Source: Folioceros fuciformis (lineage: Eukaryota). From it: a stretch of DNA of 57,216 nt. Below the pieces are notes generated by a model that did no database searches, was not told the DNA's origin, and worked only from the letters and a program-made list of their open reading frames with translations. Shown here piece after piece: positions 12,046-24,140 of the stretch (its first letter is position 1; each line of letters begins with the position of its first letter). The position numbers and the translations under genes are program-made. Location: NCBI GenBank assembly GCA_049999805.1, contig JBNGIO010006248.1:137304-194519 (forward strand), written 5' to 3'.

Positions 12046-12987
12046 CTACTTCTTGAGACGGAAATGGCTGTTTAACAGTCTCGAAACTTCTACGAACTCA
12101 ACTCGGTCTTTCCCAAAGATGGTCTTCAGCTTGTCATCACACATGATCTCCCGCTTCCTCTCGGGATTCTGCTGGACAAGGCGGGGAAGTGAGAACAAAT
12201 CATAGCCACCACCACCAAGACCTACTTGTCACTCAACACCCGCAGACCCTGCTTTTCAACACCCGCAGACCCTGCTTTTCAACACTAAATCAGTTGAAAG
12301 AAAAACAACACACTCAAGACATAACCTTCCTGCAAAAGCAGCATCAGCATCAACGTAATGTTTGAGCTGACTTGCATGAACCAGTCCCCTCAACCATTTC
12401 GTTGAACAAATTAGGATGACAAACTGCGGCATCATACATTCCGCATAAACAACTTAACGTCAAGTCGGTCTGCATCTCAAGCTTCTGGACAAATAAGAAC
12501 GAGATAAAACACCGCAGGGTAACTCCAGCTGACATACTGGAGGCCACATTACAGACGCACAACAAAGGTCGACGTAAGGAAAGCCCTAGAAGGAAAGAGA
12601 CAGCTCAGGAAGCCTTGCCTGCAGCTGATTGTCCTTGATGTAGCTCCACACGGAGCGGAGGGCATTCACACGAGAACATTCTTCAACTCCAAGAAACTTC
12701 TTAAGAGCAGGGGACACCGGTTGCGCTTTGGTGAAGCCCGCCGGAACTACCTTCGCTGCTGTTTCTACAGCCTTCGCCACCGCCTTCGAAGCCACCATCG
12801 CTACGAATTGGGGGCGCACTCTGCCGGCTCAGAGGCAAGCACGGTTTCCAAGACTGTGCATTCGGACTCCGGATGACTTGCCGTCGGACTGGTTTGCGCG
12901 GTTGCGCAAAGAGAGGAGCCACCCGGTGTGGTGGACACGAAGTGCGAGCCGGTGAGAACTTACCGGCTACCGGCACCTTCCCGCCAT
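12046..12987 (-). CDS. Stand-alone SWIB/MDM2-domain protein (organellar nucleoid SWIB type), 3 exons
   Basis: Exons 12987-12977, 12820-12619, 12168-12046. GFTKAQPVSPALKKFLGVEECSRVNALRSVWSYIKDNQLQ-NPERKREIMCDDKLKTIFGKDRVEF. Ala/Val-rich leader resembles a targeting peptide. Confidence 0.88.
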
Positions 12988-13972
12988 TCCCGCCTCCCTC
13001 GGTCCACTTGGCGGCGAAGAACCCAAGACATTCCTAATATTAGCAGCCTCTCCAGCTTTATGAAGAGGTCTAGCTAGTCTGTTCATGGATTGAAGTAACA
13101 CATGAGACCTTGCCTCCTTTACCATGAGAGGAGCTTGAGCTTGTTAGCTCTAGATCCTTGCTCCTCTTCTCTTCTACTCTAGAGACCTTGAACAGCCTAT
13201 TCGCTTAGAATCACTAGCCTTATGGCAAGTTGCCTCTGCATGGTGTGCGAGGACTGCAATTTTTGCTGTTGCTATGTATGCATCTTAGTTCTACATGCCT
13301 GATCCTAGGTCCATAGGTGAGTTTGAGAGGGATTAGGGGCTGTCTATATGCCTTGTCCCTCCATGTGTGAGGACACATAAGTCTACCCTCACACCTCAAG
13401 TCTGGACTAGGTCTCTTGTCTTGTTGCATAGAGCTAATCAAGAGCATGAATATGGTTTCCTATTAACATCACAAAGATGATTTATCAAAGGATCTGAAAT
13501 TGGTGAGGTCTGAGATGAGATTGGAAGGGTTTGCGGAGTTGAATGATTGATAAAGCTGCAAGAATGCCCTCCCGTCGATAGTTGGATTCACGCAAGGGTG
13601 AGGTTCTCCATTGTCTACAACAAGCTAGCATCTAGTTGAAAAAATTGAGAGAATTCTCCCAGAAAAAGCTCCCCAAAATTGGTAGAAGGATCCTTAGGAG
13701 AAGAAGAGTGTAGGAGCTGGTCACAAATCGTTCTCGACACACCGCGAGAAGAAGGAAGAGCTCAAGCAAAAGTCGTCCTATCCAAACAAAATAGTGCTTC
13801 TGCAGCAACGCTCCAAATGTTTTATGACATCGTTGCTTGAAGGGGAGAAGTAAGGGCATGGAGAAAGGGGCCNNNNNNNNNNNNNNNNNNNNNNNNNNNN
13901 NNNNNNNNNNNNNNNNNNNNNNNNNNNNNNNNNNNNNNNNNNNNNNNNNNNNNNNNNNNNNNNNNNNNNNNN

Positions 13973-14140
13973 GGGGTGAAGGAATGTCTTGGAACCTGGT
14001 GCTCCAAACACGGGGTGAAGGAATGTCTTGGAACCTGGTGCTCCAAACACGGGGTGAAGGAATGTCTTGGAACCTGGTGCTCCAAACACGGGGTGAAGGA
14101 ATGTCTTCAGACATGGTGCTCCAAACATGGCGTGAAGGAT
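13973..14140. repeat. 39-bp tandem repeat (minisatellite), about 4 copies visible, adjoining an assembly gap
   Basis: Unit ggggtgaaggaatgtcttggaacctggtgctccaaacac. N run at 13873-13972 immediately upstream. Confidence 0.95.
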
Positions 14141-14652
14141 ATGGAGTTTACACTGCGAAGTGAAGGGAGTAGGATCGAGGATCCATTCAGAGAGGAATCG
14201 TATAGAGTTCTCGATCAAGGACAGCTCCCGACGTTACCTAGTCTAAAAAGTATGTAAGTATGTACGTAGATGCTCGACACGTTTTGTCAGGTGTCAGTGG
14301 TAGTAAGGCGGGGCTGGCGCGACTAGAGCCTACTCGCCGGAGTTCGGATTCCAGCGTTCCAGGTAACCTCGCTTCCTCCTGGTTCATCCGGTTTCACCCG
14401 CGGTCAGCATGCCGAGTGGTGTGGATATGAAGTGTCACCCGGTACAACCTTACCGGACACCGGCACCTCCCGCCACTCTCCGACGACTTGTTGGTGAAGC
14501 AAAACCCTGTACAAGAAGCGTGAGCAATAGCATCTTGGAAACAGCGAACAGTCAACAGGGAACACAGCCTAATCGAGGCTGTCACCGATCTTTTGCTCTG
14601 CCAGGCGCAGTCTGCAGTTGCTGTGGTGTGGGAGTGAAAATTCTGAAGCGGA

Positions 14653-15739
14653 ATGGAGGGGTTTCTGGACAAGATCTCTTCGATATTTGGCAACCGCGAC
14701 AACCTGCCTTGGACCGATGCGGACATGATCGTTGTACGTGACCAAAGCGGCCCTGCGATGTCTGGTTGGCAGAAATAGGGATTGTCTGGGAGACGGGATG
14801 ATGTTTTGTGGTGCATCCTTTGCATGTCTGCTGGCTTAGGGAGCGGTTTGAGTTGGATCTGCAAAACCATCTGCTGTGGTGCTGAATTGCAGGATTTCAG
14901 ATGTTTTGGACCTGTTTTGAGGCAGGATTGGCATGCATCTGGTGCAACTGTGTGCAAGATGGCAGACCGAGTTTCATGTGCAGATTGTGCTGTCTGTCTG
15001 GAGCTGTTAGGAGTTGGTGAAGTCGGCCCTGATCACATGAGCCTTATTGTTCTTAGAGTGGCTTTTCTCTCAGGAATGTGAACGGGAGGCAGCCGGAGAA
15101 GGACAAGGGACTCCTGGTAGTCAGGATAGGAGTGAGAGCATCATGAGACTGGCTTGGGCTCTTGTTCATTCGCAGCGACCTGATGATGTACAACGAGGCA
15201 TAGCCATGCTGGAGTGTGAGTATCTATCAAGATGGTCTGGTCAAGATTCTCACAGTCGTTCATGTTTGGCTCAACGGGAACTCATATTGCGAATCACATG
15301 TGGATGCAGCTTTTTTGAATCAGAAAAATGTGCCTCTTCAGGGCAGAGAGATTCTCTACCTGTTGGCGGTCGGACAGTACAGAGCGGGTGACTACGGACG
15401 AGCCCGCCGGTTGGTAGACCAGGCTCTGCAGGTGAGATTCTCAGCAATGTAGGATTGAGACACTAGCATCAACATTGCAGCGATAACATTCAGCGCTGCG
15501 CCTGCAGTTAGCACCGGATTTCAGGCAGGCTCTGGTGTTGAAGAAGATTGTTGAGGACAAAATTGCCAAAGGTATTCCTCCCTCTGTTTCTGTCTAGTAA
15601 CTTCGTTGGCCGCAGCTCACTTCTTCATGTTCTGACAACATGCATGCCTGTAGATGGAGTTATCGGCGTGGGTCTAGCAGCTGCTGCCGTAGGCCTTGTT
15701 GCTAGTGGAGTAGCTGCAGCCTTTATGCGCAAGAGATAG
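14653..15739 (+). CDS. FIS1: Mitochondrial/peroxisomal fission 1 protein, 5 exons
   Basis: MEGFLDKISSIFGNRDNLPWTDADMIV / SESIMRLAWALVHSQRPDDVQRGIAMLE / REILYLLAVGQYRAGDYGRARRL / PDFRQALVLKKIVEDKIAK / C-terminal tail anchor DGVIGVGLAAAAVGLVASGVAAAFMRKR. Confidence 0.95.
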
Positions 15740-16579
15740 GAGCTTTCCCGGAACTGGTTGAAGAAACTTGTCCACCGCTCGTGGCTTTTCTGAAGAGACT
15801 ATTCTTCGTTCCTGACAACTGTGTATATGACCATCACCTTCACGCTAGTTTGGCGAGCTTTGTATTTGGTTTGTGAACCATGTTTCTAGTACATGGATGA
15901 CTAAAACGATCAAGGAACTTGCAATCGGTCACGTTCACTTTCGGTTAACACCATCATGCGTTGTATTTTTCCTTACAAGTATGTAATTGCAGAAGAATCT
16001 TCTCGGCCGCATCTTTGCTTGACAATTTTCTACCTCCATCGTTCAACCTTCAGCCGGGTTATTGAAAAGCCATTAGCTCATCGGGCCACACTAACTTGTA
16101 AGCCCCAATCGCAAGAGGTGAGTATGGGCACGAGGAAGGGTATCTTTGGCCTGTGTGCAAGGCTCTTCATGGTACTTGTTGAGCAAACGTAGGAAGCTAA
16201 AGACGGATTACTACCAAGCTGCTCACCAAAAACGAGCTAATTCTCACGCTTCAGTGTCAACACAAATTTGATCCGAACTTTACCATCTTTTCCTCGCACG
16301 ATTCACTGAAGGAAAGCAATCGGCTCTTGATGCCCATGTATAGTTGGTTGCTTTTCCAGGCGTGAAACTGGCCATGGCCAAGGAGAACACCACTTTGTTT
16401 GCGAAGGGTGGCCGTGGCCTCAAACCGAAACGCGGGACGAACGACCCGTTAAGAGTCCATTCGTCGTTCTGGGCTTCAGTCGATTGCTAATGGGCAATGT
16501 GGATTACAGTCGTCCTTAGTCCTCGTTCGAATATGAAAGGTCTTTGAAAAATGTCTACATCGTAGCCTTCTTTCTCAAT

Positions 16580-19500
16580 CTAATTTTCACCTGCATCTCC
16601 GTTCCAAGGCTCGAATCTACAGACAGAGTCATAGATCTGCCCCCCCACCAGCTGCCCAGCCAGATGTTTGTTCTTCAGCATGGCAAGCTACACGTCACGT
16701 CAATTCAGTCAGACGACAGGGTAGTCCTCCAGAGATTCAGGAACATGTGTATGAAAATTTCAAGAAAATATGTATGAGAGAGATTCACCTTGAGAGCATC
16801 ACATTTAAATCGGGCCCTGTAGTTTGTGTGGAGAGCTCGTCCCATCCCTTCCAAGACGACCTGCCAAACCAGAAACTCCTTTAGCTCAGGAGTCTACATC
16901 GATCACAAGATAAGACGATGAGTCTCATCATGGAAGGAGGCGCGTACCAGATCTGCATCCTGGGCGAGGTCGGCAAGTTCTGAGCTGACTTGACGAAGAT
17001 CGATGCAGGGACTTCCACACCCATTTTCGGCAATCATTAGTTTGGGGGTCTCGAATGTGGAAGAGGAAACTTCTGTGCTCTCTGGCTCCATTGCATCAAT
17101 CAGAATCTCTCCTGCCTTGGCTGCTTTTCGAAGGATGTCACTATGCTGAAAACAAAGTTTGGGGGAGGTTAGAGTCCATGTTTCTGCAGGAGCGAAACCT
17201 ACCTTCTAGAAAATTAGTTGACATCTCACCTTTGCTGCAGCAGCCACAACACCTGGGAGCTCTCGAGCTGTTACATCATTTATGGCTGGAAGGGAATTTG
17301 CAACAAGCACAACCTGGGAAAAGAGCCCAATGTTGAGGAACAATTGCCTTTGGCTGAAGCACGCTCAGACACAAAGCCTCAAGGAGTGCACCTCTGTCCC
17401 TCGCCTCAAAAGCTCGCGGGCCAACGGAAGCATGCCCAGTACCACATCAGCTCCTGAGTTGTCGACAAATAGTAGTGCTCGTTTGTGGTGGTGCGGCGAT
17501 GTGCCATCAGCATCGCCAAGCAACCTCTTCGCTAATGCATCGAAGTCATCCACCTGCTTAGGCCTCGACGGTTACTACGTCTGTAAGGCATGAACATAAC
17601 ATTACATACAAACTTAAAGATCCTGACAGTCATACCCGCCAGGGACGCTGCATCTTATTCCGGCTCATTCGATAGATTTCAAGAATTGTGCCCTTTTGAT
17701 ACAGCTCCACACACGCACGTGAACCCCAGTCAAATATGTTTGCACCAAGAACGCCTTCTATTATTGCCAGCCACCTTGTCCTCTGCCATAACAGAGGTCC
17801 TTAGTGTCCAACACAACAAAAATACGACAACTCAAAGCAGAGAAAGACAGGCACAAACAACAGAAAGTACCGGCTCCATGCTGTCGAGCTCCGATAGCAG
17901 ATCAGGTAACACAGCCAAAGCTGCTTCATTCTCTCTAATAAAAACAATACAATATTTCACTTAACTTTTCATTTGCTAATGTTTTGACAAAGACCACGAG
18001 CCAGGAAATGGATCACCTCTGCTTGATTGATCTATAAGCATCCATGAAGTGAAACTCCCGCAGACATTCTTCTCTCATTTCCAACAAGTTGGCCAAGCCA
18101 AGTTTGCCATACGCAGCAGGCTCCTCACATAGTCTGTTGGTAGCAAGAACAGCACGGACTGAGCAGCTGAACCAAAAATTAATCAACAACAAAATTGCCG
18201 TTCTTTTGGAGGATGAGTGAAAAGACTTGCCTTGCAAGGTGAGCCCTGAACGCTTGAGCAAATGCATCACCCCTCCTCTTGGCATCCTCAGTACCTCCTT
18301 CACTAGCAACAGCCTGAACGTTTCGGGCAAAGGGTCAGAATAACTAGATTCAAATAAGAACCATTTTGACGTAGTCCTTGATCACCAGAGCTGTGGAAAC
18401 TTTCGAGGCACTCACTGTCTCTACAAGATCAGGCAAGTGCTCTGACAGAACGTTGAGCCAATATCTGCAACAAACAATGGAAAGACTGTGAGCACCCTAG
18501 TTTCGAAGTGCATTATGAGGAACGCGTAATCAGCTTCAGAAAGAGGGCTATTAGAACACGCGTCAACTCACTTCCGTTCACCTTCTGAATTAAGATCCAC
18601 TGTGTTGGGCTCATATCTAGAAACAACAACAACATCACTTGAGCTCAGATGGACCTTGTCGACAGCTCTACTCAGATCAGCTGAATTAGGACTCTGCATC
18701 TTAACAGTCGACAATAATCCCACCCTTTTGGATCCAAAAGCAGTGGGAATGGCTCCAACGATGGAATCAGATGGAGAACCCCAACATTAAGAGCTGCACT
18801 AGCATCAGACCGCAAAAGGCCAGCACGGGCTTGAGGTCGCTCAAAACCACCAAGCCCTGTTGTTCCAGAAGAGGCTGTTGGTATTGGTCCAACAATGTCG
18901 CCTCCTTTCCGCATAAACTTCTCCATCCATGTGATCTGGAAGACAAGTCAGGTTTTAAACCACAAGTCATTTTAAAATGAAAGCCATTTCACACGTAATG
19001 AGTACTGTAGCTGTCTTAATAAGCTTAAACATGACAAGTTGAGGCTGTATAGCTACCATCTTGCTTCCTCAGGAGACAAGTCAACGGCGAAGCTTTAAGT
19101 TTGTACGCAGCCTTACCTTTTCATTTAGATCTTGGATGGGAGGACCCTGGATTTCACCACCTACGCAAGGAGCGCCCATTGGAAATCGCTCTACAAGCTG
19201 ATGAGGTGTGAGATGGTCAAGCCCATGCTTGTCATAGCTAAGGAAGGCACCCAATGCTCCCAAGTAGCCTTCATGTCTCAAAAACATAGCCTGTGCCTCG
19301 CCTTTAGACCTGTGTACCAGAGAGGGTCAAATACAAGGAAGAGACATGACCTTATGGAGCAGAGATCATGGAATAATGCATCGTTCCATGCTATTTTCAA
19401 AGGACTCACTCACCAAAATCTTACTGCAAAGGACATTGTATCCATGGTGTAGGCATGACCACGGATAAAGAATCCCCCAAAAAATATGCGCTGAAGTCCA

Positions 19501-21633
19501 TATTGTAAAGCGTTCAAATATGCAATCTAGACCAGGCACAAACAAGATGAACCCAGGAGACCATCAGGAAAGCTGAACAAAGATATCAGCCACAAGGAAC
19601 TATCAAAGATTGACGCAGGCACAGGTCACGTGATTGCCCTCACCTGTCCAATGTTGTATGATATCATGCGTAGCAAGGACAGTGCAATATCTTCTCTCCT
19701 GTAGTCAGACAGATCCTTGTTTTCTTGCAGAACTTTGCCAAAACTTGACGCTATGGTTGAAGCTGAAAGACCAATCTGTTGTCCGTGCAAGTAGACCCGC
19801 ATGAGAAAACTTGTGCTTACACCCAAATTCCTTGGTCTTCAGACTAATGAAGATAATACCTTGGAGTAATCCAGGCCACCGTATATATCACCAACAAGCA
19901 TGTCAATCTGACTATTGTCCCCAGCCTGGGTCAGCTCCAGAATTTCGTCAAAACTGTTCAGAAAATGTGCCGATCATTTTCTGCCTCGGGAGCAAATAAG
20001 AGATCACAGCGATGGCTGCCTCTAGTATAAAGTAAGCAATCAATGGACTCAGTGACTCACCTCTTACACTTGGTAAGAAGCCTTCCAAGGCCCCAGAATG
20101 TACCGCCACCAACATTTGTTCCACTGACTCTCTCAAACTTTCGATCTCCATCAACCTTTAGAACAAGAAGGAAGAACAATGAACTATAACGTCTAATTCT
20201 GTGATGCTCCATGCAACGTCGACACCTGCCTTTGCATAAAAACTGAACCGTGTTTGCTACCTTGATCATGCTCACTCCAGAACCAATATTCACGAGGAGG
20301 TAAGGGAACAGGTCATTTTGGTCAATATCAACGAACTGTTTCTGGCCTTCCAGGTGTGTGAAAGCCTCATCACGTATAGCCTGCAAAAGAGGTCCAAATT
20401 TTTTATCGCCTTCTCTCTTTCAGAAATGCTGTAAAGACATGCAATTTGACTAAGCACTTTGAATCTCAGCTACCAATGGTAGGAGGGAAAGAGATCTACT
20501 TCCACATACTCTAAGTAGAAAGTTTGCGCCTGATACCAAGCAAGCCATCTCATCTTCCTTGTCTAAGGTAATTCCAAGCTGTTCCTTGAACAAATCCGAA
20601 TACTTGAAAGCCCCACCACCTGTGGCCTTGGCCGAGGAAATTACATGAGGTTTCCGTGGTGAGCCTTACGNNNNNNNNNNNNNNNNNNNNNNNNNNNNNN
20701 NNNNNNNNNNNNNNNNNNNNNNNNNNNNNNNNNNNNNNNNNNNNNNNNNNNNNNNNNNNNNNNNNNNNNNGTTGTTAACCATCGTGTTAAGCTAGCTTTA
20801 CGGTCATCCAATCGGATTGACGAAACCAGGGTCAAAAATATCATTTCTCCCTACAACCGCTTGCATCATAGAGCTCGAAATCCTGGGTCAAGGATTTAAC
20901 GCTTCAGATCAATACCTTGACAGTAGGTCCATGCTGGGGATTACGAGCAAATGTTTGCCCGTCTGCTTGTAATTCTGCAGTAGCTTAAAATACAGAATAT
21001 TCATGGATGTTATCAGGGGATAATTCGAATCTGTGAAGGACAACGCCACAAGACATAGAGCACCATGCTACCAGGTCATGTGTAAAACCAAATCCGACAT
21101 CACGATCATGTAACACTGATGGACAACAAGAACCTTTCGAGATCCCGAAATGCAGCTTCTTGGACTGGATGAACTTGATGCACTCATTGAGCTTGCTGGT
21201 CTCAAACTTGACAAACGTGAGTCGACCACCTAGCACAGGAGATGTTGACTTAAAACTGGACCACCTCCTCTCCTGCTGTGGACCCAAGGCGGGGCTGGAC
21301 TCGGGCCGCCGTGTGAAATAGACCAGCTTAACCAAAGACCCTGCAGAACAAGAGAAGACATCCGATTCAGCAGCCAGTCAGTTCCACAACACTTCAATTT
21401 CCTGTCCTCCAAGTTTCCTTCCCTTCCAGAGCACCACCATGACTGTGACAAGTACCTCCTAAGTCGATGGCGAAGTGGAAGATGTCATCACTCTGGTTTG
21501 GCAGAAGAATTGTGGGATTCCTCTCCTCGGTGGACCCTTGAATTGCAGCCCCACTCAGGTCCAGCAAAGGTCTCGGCGGTACCCTCACCAAGTGAGAACC
21601 TCCTTCCTCGATGCCACCTGCATCGCTCGACAT
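16580..21633 (-). CDS. PANK2: Pantothenate kinase 2 (type II PanK + C-terminal DUF89/ARMT1-like phosphatase), multi-exon
   Basis: [123 protein letters not shown], last exon [27 protein letters not shown]. An assembly gap (20671-20770) lies in an intron. Confidence 0.95.
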
Positions 21634-22415
21634 GCTTGACTGTAGAACTGGAGACACACGAAGGCCACAGCTCGTACAAGAGGCGACGAGAAGCAGCTTC
21701 CATCCGGAGCTCTACTCGTACCGAATTCTCATTCTCGTAAAGGAGTCCTGTTTAGGCTCTAATGTATAGCAGCAACTTATGTACATTTTTTTGAACCCCT
21801 TACTTTCTCTTAAACCTTCTCCTCCTCCTCTCCTTTTCTCCATTTGCTCCCTCCTGCCTTGTTCTCAGATATAGTAACCACCGTGTGAGAAGAAGAAGCA
21901 ACAAGACCTGTACTCAGAGTTGGTAAAGGAGGCAAATTAGCAAGTCGATCTTTCCAAGGTTTAGGGTTTATGGTGGAGCGAAGCTGTGCTGTTCAGGAGC
22001 ATATTGTAATACGATTCCGTAAGAGAAGGTTTATCGGTACATACATACTCGGAAAACTATGCCATGGTGGAGCGAATGTGTAAGGAGCTGCCGCTCTTGA
22101 GAGGCTCGACAAGCGCTGCGAGGAGCAGGGTGTGGGCTTGTTTGTTGATTGTTGGCGGCCGGCGCATGGATGGTTGCTCGATGCTTGCCTAGAAGAGATG
22201 TAAATTTGGTCTGTCAGGTGCAGAGTGTGCAAGGATTGATCCATGGTGCGCCCTAATACTGGTACTGGGTTGCTGGATGTGAGCAGCTACTGAATGCGGT
22301 TACCAGCCGCTGGGCATGGTGAAGGTGGAGGGTAGCAACAGGAATAGCAATAGCTAGTAGCTCCGTGTGTTGAGGCACACATTGCAGGGCTAACAGGGCT
22401 GCCACAGCCGTGGGG

Positions 22416-23807
22416 ATGAAGCCGGAGAAGGAGTCTGAGAATGAGAAGCGGGAGGGCAGTTTGGATCGTCGGCTCAATCAGACGCTCAAGAGTGTGCAGG
22501 GTTTGCTGAGGGGCCGCACATTTCCTGGGAAGGTCTTGCTGAGCCGGAAAGGCTCGGATCAGCCTCCTCGAAGCGGGTCTCCGATTGATCCTTCCTCTGC
22601 TGCTGACAGGCAAGCTGAGGATGAGGGCGCCAGCGGGAGCGGCAACGCAAGTGAGGTGCGGGTAGACAAGAGTGTTGGATCCCAGGATGGAGCGGAGGAT
22701 GATGTTGGTGGGTCACAGGCGGAGGCAGGAGGGCCTTCTGGGGCAGGGGCTCCTGCGACAGACAAGGTTTCCTCCTCTACCGACTCCTCTTCCTTGAGGC
22801 CGGCCACCGGAAGCAGAGCAACTGACAGTGCACGCGTGGCCAAGTTTAAGAAAGAGCTGGCGACCACAACTGTGGACTTGGACGCTTTACGGGAATTGGC
22901 ATGGAGCGGGGTTCCTCCTGATATGCGGCCTCTTGTGTGGCGGCTTTTGCTGGGATATGCTCCACCGAATGCAGATAGAAGGGAGGGGACTCTGGCAAGG
23001 AAACGGCAGGAGTACATCGAATGCGTGACGCCGTATTATGATATTGCAGATTCGGAGCGAAGTGAGGATGAGATTCATACTCTCCGGCAGATATCTGTGG
23101 ATTGTCCTAGGACAGTTCCAGATGTGCCTTTCTTCCAGCAGCCTGTGCTTCAGAAGTCTTTGGAACGTGTGTTGTATATATGGGCCATTCGGCATCCTGC
23201 AAGTGGTTACGTTCAGGGTATCAACGACCTGCTCACACCCTTCTTGGTTGTCTTCCTGTCGGAGCATCTCGAGGGCGAGATGGAGAGCTGGCAGGTATCT
23301 GAGTTGCCTCAGTCTGTCATATATCAGGTGGAAGCAGATTGCTTCTGGTGTTTGTCCAAGCTTCTAGATGGGATTCAGGACCATTATACTTTTGCCCAAC
23401 CAGGAATCCAGCGTCTTGTATTCAAGCTGAAGGAGCTGGTGCGACGGATTGATGAGCCTATGGCAAAACATCTGGAGGAGCAGGGCCTTGATTTCCTGCA
23501 GTTTGCCTTCCGCTGGTTTAACTGCCTTGTGATCCGTGAAATACCCTTCTCTTGTGTAGCTCGTCTCTGGGACACATATTTGTCAGAGGGAGATGCTTTT
23601 CCAGAATATCTTGTATACTTGTGTGCAAGTTTCCTGCTAAGTTGGACAGATCAACTGCAGCAACTTGACTTTCAGGACATGGTTATGTTCCTGCAACATC
23701 TCCCAACTCAAAAGTGGACGCTTCAGGAACTGGAGATGGTCTTATCCCGAGCCTTTATGTGGCGAGTCATGTTCGACCGTGCTCCAAATCACTTGAATGC
23801 ATCTTGA
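22416..23807 (+). CDS. GYP1: Rab GTPase-activating protein, TBC domain (GYP1/TBC1D22-like), intronless CDS
   Basis: LRELAWSGVP, RQISVDCPRT (Arg finger), SGYVQGINDL (Gln finger), EADCFWCLSKLLDGIQDHYT, FLQFAFRWFNCL. Confidence 0.93.
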   Translation: MKPEKESENEKREGSLDRRLNQTLKSVQGLLRGRTFPGKVLLSRKGSDQPPRSGSPIDPSSAADRQAEDEGASGSGNASEVRVDKSVGSQDGAEDDVGGSQAEAGGPSGAGAPATDKVSSSTDSSSLRPATGSRATDSARVAKFKKELATTTVDLDALRELAWSGVPPDMRPLVWRLLLGYAPPNADRREGTLARKRQEYIECVTPYYDIADSERSEDEIHTLRQISVDCPRTVPDVPFFQQPVLQKSLERVLYIWAIRHPASGYVQGINDLLTPFLVVFLSEHLEGEMESWQVSELPQSVIYQVEADCFWCLSKLLDGIQDHYTFAQPGIQRLVFKLKELVRRIDEPMAKHLEEQGLDFLQFAFRWFNCLVIREIPFSCVARLWDTYLSEGDAFPEYLVYLCASFLLSWTDQLQQLDFQDMVMFLQHLPTQKWTLQELEMVLSRAFMWRVMFDRAPNHLNAS

Positions 23808-24140
23808 CTCGGGGCATTTTTTGTTTTGTATGCTTCCTTCCTGATGGCATTGTTGTCTCGGGACTGTATTGATCTGAGCATTTCTAGGGTACGTAAAGTG
23901 GATGACTTTTAAGTACACTTCATGTTAAGACGAAATAGGATTTGCAATATTTGAATTGCAAAGTAAAGGGGGTTGGTTACAACGATGATTGCGAGCATAA
24001 AGAGCCTGCAAATGTGAAACGCGTTTTGCTTGAAACGAGGCTACAAGGAACAAGAGACTCTTCTTAGAGTCCCTTGGTGTACGCTTTGGCCTTAACATTT
24101 TATTCATCCACAAATCAAAAAGAATACGGGACTATATGTT

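Noticed and set aside
12233-12285. 23-bp tandem duplication in the SWIB intron
   Set aside because: An ordinary slippage duplication with no functional sign.
13973-14140. CRISPR-like appearance of the 39-bp array (also the 40-bp array at 43997 and the 69-bp array at 28892)
   Set aside because: Units are head-to-tail with no unique spacers, there are no cas genes, and the context is eukaryotic.
15956-16500. Short ORFs between the FIS1 and PANK2 3' ends
   Set aside because: No coherent exon structure or recognisable protein.
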